From a virus (taxonomy: Duplodnaviria; Caudoviricetes), in the IMG/VR virus record IMGVR_UViG_3300028832_000096: 64,000 nucleotides of DNA; one strand, 5' to 3'. The notes under the pieces were generated by a model that made no database searches, was not told where the DNA came from, and worked only from the letters and a program-made list of their open reading frames with translations. Of the stretch, positions 31,962-38,783 are shown one piece after another (the first letter of the stretch is position 1; every line of letters starts with the position of its first letter). Made by a program: the position numbers and the translations under genes.

Positions 31962-32891
31962 TCATGATACAGGCCTCCTAATGAAATGACCGCATTCTGT
32001 ATCATATGTATAGCCTAGATTGAATTTAATTACAGCGCTAATGATTTCATCTAATGACTGTCTTCCGAGGTTGCGAATATTTGTAAATGGCTTATCATAG
32101 TTGACGATATCATGCAATGTGTTCAACTGGCTTCTCTTCAAGCAGTTATACGTCCTGATAGAGAAATCCATATCCTCAACAATGATGTCTGAAAGAGCTA
32201 CACGTTTTACAGGTTCAGGTGTAGGCTTAAGTAATCTAACAGCTTCAAGTCCCGCAGCATACTGCTTGAGCTGCTCGTTTTCTTCCTTGAGCTGCTCGAT
32301 AGTAGTTTTTGATGCAAACAACTCTTTCAATGCAAAATGAACTTTGCGAAGAGCTTTAAATTCAATCTGTCTTACTCTTTCTCGTGTAAGTCCTAATTTC
32401 TTACCAGCTTCCTCAAGTGTAAGGCTATCTCTATAACGCATTTCGACTACAGCCTGCTCACGGTAATTAAGTCGGTCTCTGAATATTCTATCGAATTCAA
32501 AAGGAGTAACATTGCGATAACTCATATCGAATTCGTCGTCATTGTTAATGTCTTCAAAGTACGACATAATAGCTACACCTGCAAGGCTGTAGTTTACAGT
32601 AGCGATTATGAAATTGTAGGGAAAAATATCTTCGAGTGTCTGAGTGTGGTCAACCATCAATCTTGCAGCGACCACATTAGAGCAAATCTTTTCAAACTTT
32701 GCACTAAAAAGCTTTTCAAGAGCCTTCTGAGCCTTAGGGTCAGGCAAACTAACTAACTGAAGCCATTTCTGAATTGCTGCTTCTGACATTCCAAGAAGTG
32801 CAGCAAAATCTCTATATGTGAGATTATTATTCTTGCAATAAAGCCTGATATTGTTGGCCAGACACTCTTTCTGTTCTTCGGGTTTATACAT
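31962..32891 (-). CDS. XRE-HTH + sigma70 region 4 + RNAP alpha-CTD fusion regulator
   Basis: LTYRDFAALLGMSEAAIQKW (HTH); LNYREQAVVEMRY..TLEEAGKKLGLTRERVRQIEFKALRK (sigma4); DMDFSIRTYNCLKRSQLNTL..IRNLGRQSLDEI (alphaCTD). Confidence 0.88.
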   Translation of the reverse strand: MYKPEEQKECLANNIRLYCKNNNLTYRDFAALLGMSEAAIQKWLQLVSLPDPKAQKALEKLFSAKFEKICSNVVAARLMVDHTQTLEDIFPYNFIIATVNYSLAGVAIMSYFEDINNDDEFDMSYRNVTPFEFDRIFRDRLNYREQAVVEMRYRDSLTLEEAGKKLGLTRERVRQIEFKALRKVHFALKELFASKTTIEQLKEENEQLKQYAAGLEAVRLLKPTPEPVKRVALSDIIVEDMDFSIRTYNCLKRSQLNTLHDIVNYDKPFTNIRNLGRQSLDEIISAVIKFNLGYTYDTECGHFIRRPVS

Positions 32892-33095
32892 ATAGTAACT
32901 CCTCCTTTGCTTTGTGCAATATTGATGCTATGTTTACTATAACGATTTTAATTAGAAGTATCTGTTACTGAGGTTTCTGTAAGCTTATCTGCAAGGATAG
33001 TATGACATCTTGTTAACATGCCGTTAGTAACTAGAAGGAAAACTATAATTATAACTAGAATTAAAATGATTGAACCAGAATCAAACTTTGCCATA

Positions 33096-33317
33096 TTATT
33101 TCTGCCACCAACGCTTTTTCTTTGCTTTTTCAGCTTCTTCGCGTTGCTTGAGCAATTTATCCTGCTCGGCAAAGTAGGTTTGATAATAATCAAAGTTTGC
33201 AATGATATCGTCAAGTTCATTAGAGGTAAGCCCTACAGATTGTCTAATCTGGACATAATTATTTACACCGCTTGCAAATAATTTACTAACAGATTCAAAT
33301 TGATGCTTTGAGACCAT
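33096..33317 (-). CDS. hypothetical protein
   Basis: GAGG RBS; basic C-terminus KKKRWWQK. Confidence 0.55.
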   Translation of the reverse strand: MVSKHQFESVSKLFASGVNNYVQIRQSVGLTSNELDDIIANFDYYQTYFAEQDKLLKQREEAEKAKKKRWWQK

Positions 33318-33318
33318 A

Positions 33319-33504
33319 TCAATATCCTCTATCTGACGGACTAAATAAATTGTAATATTCCGGAGGTAAATTTCCTTTATTATCCGGTACGCCTAATTCA
33401 CGAGCACATTTACTGCATACTAAAGGCATTTCATCATATTCCATATTGCACCTAGTGCATTTGTATGTATGATTCTTTGTATATTTGAATCTAACTTTTG
33501 TCAT
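33319..33504 (-). CDS. small zinc-finger protein
   Basis: Start re-set to MTKVRF at 33504 (AGGAGGT RBS); CTRC...CSKC. Confidence 0.6.
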   Translation of the reverse strand: MTKVRFKYTKNHTYKCTRCNMEYDEMPLVCSKCARELGVPDNKGNLPPEYYNLFSPSDRGY

Positions 33505-33527
33505 AGCCCACCTCCTAGATAAAAGAA

Positions 33528-33662
33528 GCCATTTATTCGATATAGGATACAGAATAAATGGCGAAAGACTGTATCCGAAGGTTCGCTTATTTTGAAAGGA
33601 GCGGTTATAGGGAATGGAAAGAAACAAGACCCATAACCACTGTCGAGCAAGCCTACAAGAGC
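33528..33662 (-). ncRNA. repeated structured RNA, copy 3
   Basis: GCCATTTATTC/GAATAAATGGC and GGATACAG/CTGTATCC pseudoknot; inner hairpin fully paired with G-U only on minus. Confidence 0.7.
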
Positions 33663-33704
33663 AACAAGTAAATAGTGTTATTAACAGAAGTCTTCTGCAA
33701 CAAC

Positions 33705-33791
33705 TGGTGGGAAAGGTAGGAGTCGAACCTACCGAGTCATCTAACAACAGATTTACAGTCTGTCCCGCTACCAGCTACGGACTACTTTCCC
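33705..33791 (-). tRNA. tRNA-Tyr(GUA)
   Basis: GGGAAAG/CUUUCCC, loop CUGUAAA, long variable arm, CCA. Confidence 0.95.
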
Positions 33792-33794
33792 ATA

Positions 33795-34230
33795 AGGTAG
33801 GAGGCCTAACCTCCCTTGTCGGAGTTATCAGTCATTCTCCGAGTTCCCGCTAGCCGGCGACTGAGTACCTCCGGGCACGGTGTTCAGGTAAAAGAAGCAT
33901 CGGGCACATGTCGGCTTGCCAGTTGACATAAGGACTGTTACTACCTTAGTCGATGCTTGAGTCGGGAGCCTACTTTCCCCTGCAAGGCCCAACCTTACTT
34001 GTCTGGCATCTCACCAGAGTTCCCTCTGTCTGATTTGTATACCGCAAGTATGAGGTGGGTGGGCAGTTGCAACTCCCCAGTGCGGTTTTGCTACGATAAG
34101 ACCTGCCAAGTCTCTGTCTCTTGTATTCGTAGCCATACTCTGTATCTTGCTCACCGTTCCAAGATAGTATAAACGCCGATAAATTTCGTGTATCGGTCAC
34201 GGCTCGTTTTGGCAGGAGAGAGCGACCCCT
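33795..34230 (-). ncRNA. large ornate structured RNA (GOLLD/ROOL-class candidate)
   Basis: GC-elevated, no credible ORF, at least 10 helices and 2 pseudoknots visible, flanked by tRNA/tRNA-like units. Confidence 0.55.
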
Positions 34231-34368
34231 TGGTGAAGGGTGATAGGAGTCGCACCTATCAGTTGATAACATTCCTAGCCTAACGCAATCCCCTCAAAAA
34301 TTTCTTCTTGATTCGCTACTGCGTAGTTATCGCTATAGGATAACCCGTCTACTTTGCGGCAACCCTTC
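34231..34368 (-). ncRNA. tRNA-like RNA with greatly enlarged central domain
   Basis: GAAGGGU/ACCCUUC+ACCA acceptor, T-arm AUAGG-UGCGACU-CCUAU, ~85 nt between D and T arms. Confidence 0.65.
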
Positions 34369-34485
34369 ATGTTAATGCAGATTTGTTTGTCGTAAACCTC
34401 TTAGGTCGCGCTCACCCGTATGAATACTGTTAGAAGTTCTGCTTCTCCTAGTGACTGACTCTTATCGCTGGCTGTCACCTACTCC

Positions 34486-34525
34486 CGCCAAGGTTTTTCT
34501 AGAGAGGTACTTGGAACTACACCTC
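34486..34525 (-). ncRNA. mini-pseudoknot repeat
   Basis: GAGGU/ACCUC stem; loop CCAAG pairs with CUUGG after AAAAA. Confidence 0.55.
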
Positions 34526-34527
34526 AT

Positions 34528-34630
34528 TAGTGAAGTAGGTTAGGACTCGAACCTAACATGTCCGTGTCTTTTCGATTTAAGGTTCTTGCACGAACTAACG
34601 CCATAGTGTCTGCCGTTCCACCACTACTTC
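34528..34630 (-). ncRNA. tRNA-like RNA (Leu-type D arm, no canonical anticodon arm)
   Basis: GAAGUAG/CUACUUC acceptor, GGUGGAACGGCAGACAC D arm, GUUAGGUUCGAGUCCUAAC T arm. Confidence 0.7.
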
Positions 34631-34805
34631 ATATTTGAGGGTTCACCTTGTATCACCCACAGGTTCTCTTGTTTAACTACCGTCTTTAACCACCTTATCA
34701 ACAAGCAAGTTACAGTGGTGCAATAGTGACCGCTCACCTAATAGGCTTCTTTGTGTTTTTACTCCTCCATCCCACTATCGACTTCGAAAACCTCTAACGA
34801 GGAAA

Positions 34806-34845
34806 TGAGTTGAGTTTTTGAAGAGGTACTCCTTTGTTAAACTCT
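34806..34845 (-). ncRNA. mini-pseudoknot repeat
   Basis: AGAG/CUCU stem; GAGU pairs with ACUC after AAAAA. Confidence 0.45.
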
Positions 34846-34846
34846 T

Positions 34847-34962
34847 AGGTGAAGTAGGTTAGGACTCGAACCTAACAGGGAAATCTCCCGATTTCCTGCC
34901 TCCTATGTCATCTTAAATAAGATGCAACTCGGACGCTGTGTTTACCTATCCACCACTACTTC
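34847..34962 (-). ncRNA. tRNA-like RNA with extended anticodon arm and long variable arm
   Basis: Acceptor and T arm identical to 34528-34630; CAUCUUA/UAAGAUG hairpin replaces the anticodon loop; GGAAAUC/GAUUUCC variable arm. Confidence 0.7.
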
Positions 34963-35115
34963 ATATCTAATGTGAGTGTAAGAATAACCTAACCACGACT
35001 GGTTCGACTTGATTATTCCCATTTGTCGGTAGCACTCACAACTACCGCTGTCCTATTATCGTTGACAGGTACGCCTAACCATTATTAACGCCTTTGCGCT
35101 ACAGGGTATAGGAAT

Positions 35116-35267
35116 TGGAGACGGGAGACTAGATTTCTACTAGCAATTTCTAGGAGCTACCCCAGCCGTGTTTCACTATACCAGCTACGTATAGTGGCAA
35201 TCGCTGTATTCCATCATCGATAGCGCTACTCGACAACGGGTACAGATTACCTTTACACTACTCCCTC
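35116..35267 (-). ncRNA. tRNA-like RNA with ~70 nt D-loop insertion
   Basis: GGGAG/CUCCC acceptor + UCCA, GUGU...ACAC D stem enclosing two hairpins, T-arm-like CUAG-UAGAAAU-CUAG. Confidence 0.55.
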
Positions 35268-35304
35268 TGGTGATAAGTTTTTAAGAGAGAACCTACCAAA
35301 CTCT
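35268..35304 (-). ncRNA. CCA-tailed mini-pseudoknot
   Basis: AGAG-UUUGGUAGGUU-CUCU-CUUAAA-AACUUAUC-ACCA. Confidence 0.65.
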
Positions 35305-35471
35305 AAGGTATAATGATGTACTATGGCACATCCGAAGATGTAAAATCCACATTCATTTTGTGCGTACATCAGGCACTCACCTGACCAGCGGAGTGATATA
35401 GGTCATTGTTCCGTGACATTAGCCTTTGTCCGAACATCTCCATCTCCTAGTGGCTAACTCAATGGAGTGGT

Positions 35472-35508
35472 TGGCGATAAGTTTTTGAGAAGAACCTACC
35501 AAACTTCT
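35472..35508 (-). ncRNA. CCA-tailed mini-pseudoknot
   Basis: AGAAG-UUUGGUAGGUU-CUUCU-CAAA-AACUUAUC-GCCA. Confidence 0.65.
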
Positions 35509-35564
35509 GAATATAAGGCACATCTAAACGATTTCATAATGTATAAAATTGCTGTAAGTGCCTT

Positions 35565-35594
35565 TGGTGAGAGGTACTTGGGATTACACCTCTC
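35565..35594 (-). ncRNA. CCA-tailed minihelix
   Basis: GAGAGGU-GUAAUCCCAAGU-ACCUCUC-ACCA; related to 34486-34525. Confidence 0.5.
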
Positions 35595-35713
35595 TGGTTT
35601 AGGGCGGGTAACATAGACATAACGCTTGTCATTTCTGATACCCTGTGTCCACCCGTTCATCAAACACGTTACACTGACTTGCACTGTCAGGATTTGCGAG
35701 TGTACAACCCTAA

Positions 35714-35750
35714 TGGTGATAGGTTTTTAACAAGAACCTAACAAACTTGT
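35714..35750 (-). ncRNA. CCA-tailed mini-pseudoknot
   Basis: ACAAG-UUUGUUAGGUU-CUUGU-UAAA-AACCUAUC-ACCA; stem covaries with sister copies. Confidence 0.65.
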
Positions 35751-35786
35751 AGCTTTCATTGCCCAGGATAGCTATAACTTGGGCCT

Positions 35787-35863
35787 TGGTGGACAATCAA
35801 GGACTCGAACCTTGGACCAACCGGTTATGAGCCGGTAGCTCTGACCAACTGAGCTAATTGTCC
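35787..35863 (-). tRNA. tRNA with CAU anticodon (likely Ile2; Met not excluded)
   Basis: GGACAAU/AUUGUCC, CCGG-CUCAUAA-CCGG, CCA; resembles Firmicutes tRNA-Ile(LAU). Confidence 0.9.
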
Positions 35864-36050
35864 ATTGGTGTTGGTGTGACCTATAGATATTCTTTGTGGT
35901 CAACTTTTCTCCAACTGTGGTCGTATGATATCCTACGATTTAGTCAGATTCTCTAACCCCTGGCAGGCGGTTTCCTATAGGTATTTGCATGCTATTGTTT
36001 CTCCGATTATCTCGTTGAGCTCTACAAGATAATAAGATTCCCTACCGCCT

Positions 36051-36175
36051 TGGTAATAGATAGGCTGTTCCTCGAACTCCATTTAACTACTGCCCAGCCG
36101 TTACGCTAAGCTCTTTCGGAATTGGGATTCGTCCAAGTCTCCCCACGCCCTAAGAGGTCCGTAGCACCTATCTAC
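36051..36175 (-). ncRNA. CCA-terminated structured RNA (~125 nt)
   Basis: Terminal helix UAGAUAGG/CCUAUCUA followed by UUACCA; begins 1 nt after the tRNA-Leu CCA. Confidence 0.5.
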
Positions 36176-36176
36176 T

Positions 36177-36264
36177 TGGTGCGAATAGTCGGATTTGAAC
36201 CGACACGGATTATTAGTCCGACGGATTTTAAGTCCGTTGCGTCTGCCAATTTCGCCATACTCGC
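36177..36264 (-). tRNA. tRNA-Leu(UAA)
   Basis: GCGAGUA/UAUUCGC, loop CUUAAAA, long variable arm, CCA. Confidence 0.95.
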
Positions 36265-36282
36265 ATATTATAAATTGTCAAG

Positions 36283-36582
36283 TTACAACATCAAATCTGT
36301 ATACAATTTCTGTAAATCAGATAAGATTTCTTCTAGTTTAACCCTATCAATTTCTTTATCATTTAATGCTTTATCTAAATCGTTGATACATTCTTTATAA
36401 CGATACGCAAATCTATTAATAAGAATTTCTGCTTTTTCTTCATCTTCTTTAACGAGCATATCAAACAAATCAGCTGATTCTCTACCTAACTTATCATTGA
36501 TGATTCGTTCAAACTCTTTCTTGTCATCAGAATCTTTGTTGGTAAAGAACTTATCTCCGTCAGATGTTTCAAGATAAAACAT
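36283..36582 (-). CDS. hypothetical protein
   Basis: AAGGAG RBS, coupled to upstream ORF. Confidence 0.6.
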   Translation of the reverse strand: MFYLETSDGDKFFTNKDSDDKKEFERIINDKLGRESADLFDMLVKEDEEKAEILINRFAYRYKECINDLDKALNDKEIDRVKLEEILSDLQKLYTDLML

Positions 36583-36790
36583 TACTTAATCTCCTTTGTG
36601 CCAAAGGCACTAACATACATTTCAATCTGGAGTATAGCCATGCGGAAGGCCATCTCCATATCAGATTCACCTTCCTCATGTGCTTTGTTAGCTAAACTAG
36701 TCATGTGATGAATATATTCATCAACATCAATAAATCTTGCCATTAGGTTCTCCTTTACTATCAAAGGTTATTTTTTGACTAATTTTGCAA

Positions 36791-37282
36791 TTAGATATAC
36801 TTGTTATACTTCTCCAAAAGTTTGACGTATTGAATATAATCTGTAGGAAATAACTTATTGAGATTTTCATGCTGCATAAAGTTAACAAGATACATTAATG
36901 CGTGAGCTATATAGTATTCATCTTTGTCCTGCTTTTCAGCAACTTTTTCTCCATACTTCTTAAGAATCAAATCAAGATTTCTATTGATTTCATCGAGGTT
37001 CTCCTGCTTTGCTGCATAGTAGTTGTACACACTATTATCTGCAGAAATGAGAGGCTTATTCTTTCTATCCTTGGGTCGTGTTTCTGCAAAATATGCATCA
37101 TAGAGCTCTTTGTCTGGAATTACCTGATGTATTCTATGAAACACTTCTTCTGGTGGCAACCTTCTACTATTTACATAATCAGTAATAGTAGTTCTGTGGA
37201 CGCCTACAGTTGAGCTGAGCGCTTTATGCGTTATACCCTTCTCCTTCATAAGCCTTCTGAGTGTTTCTGCGAATGTTGCCAT
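36791..37282 (-). CDS. XRE-family HTH regulator
   Basis: FAETLRRLMKEKGITHKALSSTVGVHRTTITDYVNSRRLP. Confidence 0.8.
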   Translation of the reverse strand: MATFAETLRRLMKEKGITHKALSSTVGVHRTTITDYVNSRRLPPEEVFHRIHQVIPDKELYDAYFAETRPKDRKNKPLISADNSVYNYYAAKQENLDEINRNLDLILKKYGEKVAEKQDKDEYYIAHALMYLVNFMQHENLNKLFPTDYIQYVKLLEKYNKYI

Positions 37283-37297
37283 TAAATATTTCCTCCT

Positions 37298-37651
37298 TTA
37301 TTTGTAAAGTATTTCAACTACATTGTTTTCACTTTCGCTGACAACTTTTTCTCTATCACTCATTACGAATAATAGGAATTTACTAAGCTCTTTGTCGTGT
37401 AACGTCTGTATAGATGAAGTATCTCGGCGAATATCATCATTTACTTCATTAGCCCAGTAAAGTGTAACAGCTACCTGAGAAGTATTTGTAAAATATCTAT
37501 TATTATGATATGCCCACGAAGGCATTGTTATACGTGCTGCAACAACATATTCTGAATTCTTAATGGCTATGGCTTTTTCTATCTCCATTCTGAGTTTATT
37601 TTGATATTCTTCGCCTTTACCATTATGCCATTCATCCATTGTTATAAACAT
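37298..37651 (-). CDS. hypothetical protein
   Basis: Start re-set to MFITMDEW (AAGGAG RBS); the ORF-track ATG is inside promoter motif A. Confidence 0.55.
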   Translation of the reverse strand: MFITMDEWHNGKGEEYQNKLRMEIEKAIAIKNSEYVVAARITMPSWAYHNNRYFTNTSQVAVTLYWANEVNDDIRRDTSSIQTLHDKELSKFLLFVMSDREKVVSESENNVVEILYK

Positions 37652-37707
37652 ACATCTATCTCCTTTTGGAATATTGATACGCGTACTATAACGATTCATA
37701 CATAATT

Positions 37708-37733
37708 AAAGCGGCCAGATTTCTCTGACCGCT
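37708..37733 (-). terminator. intrinsic terminator
   Basis: AGCGGUCAGA/UCUGGCCGCU stem + UUAAUU. Confidence 0.55.
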
Positions 37734-37761
37734 CTGTGGAGTAAAAATGAGTGATAAGAAC

Positions 37762-38202
37762 TTAGATTCTAACAGATGTTCCGCCGAGGATAATCCACTT
37801 GTCTTCTCCAATCTTGCCCCAATTACCCTTTGTTTCGCTAACAACAAGTTTAGAGCCGTTAGGAATTAACTTAACCTTAGGGAAAGATAATCCAGGTCCT
37901 TTAAAGGAATAAACACCGGCACCTGATGTAATTACAATCTTGAATTCGCCTTCAGGTTTCTTCTCTTCCTTCTTAGGTTCAACCTTCTTAGGCTCTTCCT
38001 TTTTCTCTTCAACCTTTACAGGTTCTGCGACAGGCTCCTCGACCTTGGGCTCTTCTGCAACAACAGGAGCTTCCTCGACCTTAGGCTCTGCCTTCTTCTT
38101 TGTTGTAGTCTTCTTTGTTGTAGTCTTCTTAGGCTGTTCCTCAACAGCTTCAACCTGCTGAACGTCTGCCTCTGCGACTTCTGTCTTTTTCTTTGTAGCC
38201 AT
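37762..38202 (-). CDS. SH3b-like cell-wall-binding protein with K/E/P-rich linker
   Basis: KGPGLSF.KV..IPNGSKLVVSETKGNWGKI...WI. Confidence 0.7.
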   Translation of the reverse strand: MATKKKTEVAEADVQQVEAVEEQPKKTTTKKTTTKKKAEPKVEEAPVVAEEPKVEEPVAEPVKVEEKKEEPKKVEPKKEEKKPEGEFKIVITSGAGVYSFKGPGLSFPKVKLIPNGSKLVVSETKGNWGKIGEDKWIILGGTSVRI

Positions 38203-38223
38203 GTTGATTTCTCCTGTATATTT

Positions 38224-38771
38224 TTATTTTAAAGTTACACCAATACAACCTTCGCCATAAGAAGCTTCAGATAAAGCGCTTATTGAATCTACAGTGTAGT
38301 TGTTGAAAAAAGTATCAGCTTTAAATCCAGTTCCATCTAGATAGGATTCAAACATCCAGATATCATAATATTCGTTACCGCTTATAGGAAGGTCACATTC
38401 TTCCGCTAACCATTCCTCAGGTGACAAATCTTCATAACCTTCAATTTCATTACCATCTTCGTCATATGGTGCTTCATTGTATCCTGCAAAAACAGCAATA
38501 TCATAAATGATATCTTCTGTTAATGATACGAGTATAGTACCATCAAGAACGTCAAATACATTCTTAAATCTTAAGTCCATTAGAATCTACCTCCACGAGT
38601 GTTAGAATAAATCCACTGAAGCCAATCTGCCATATCTTGATATCTACCATGGTCTGATTTTTCAGAAAAATCATCAACAGCTTCATAGGTTTCATCATCC
38701 ATTCCGTCTAATATGTTAAATACATTTTTAATGGCATCTTCAAGACGCTTTACGTCTTTCCTATTTATCAT
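38224..38771 (-). CDS. two small acidic hypothetical proteins (38224-38580, 38580-38771)
   Basis: Coupled ORFs with RBS. Confidence 0.55.
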
Positions 38772-38783
38772 ATTATTCCCCCT

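Larger units (their letters stand above)
20658..31965 (-). other. array of ~40 tiny, translationally coupled, module-shuffled genes (many Zn-ribbon)
   Basis: Recurrent modules MNNDLISR..IDNAPTV, RPxGEW..CxxC..CPxCGAxM, MKLIIDIP, MTNEEAI; repeated junctions GAAAGGCGGTGCGGAATGA / GAGGTGATACGGAATGA. Confidence 0.8.

Noticed and set aside
20658-31965. Integron or transposon origin of the cassette array
   Set aside because: No attC-like palindromes, integrase, transposase or terminal inverted repeats seen.
33528-33662. Theta/HDV-like ribozyme next to tRNA
   Set aside because: No P3/L3/P1.1 nested double pseudoknot is visible, it does not abut the tRNA 3' end, and one copy has no tRNA nearby.
34231-34368. 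tmRNA
   Set aside because: Only 138 nt, no G3-U70 alanine identity pair and no tag reading frame.
34486-35750. CRISPR array from the ~37-nt repeats
   Set aside because: Repeats are degenerate, irregularly spaced (50-400 nt apart) and separated by structured RNAs; no cas genes in the window.
34486-35750. preQ1-I riboswitches
   Set aside because: Similar stem + A-tail topology, but they are not upstream of genes, mostly lack the preQ1 loop consensus, and several end in CCA.
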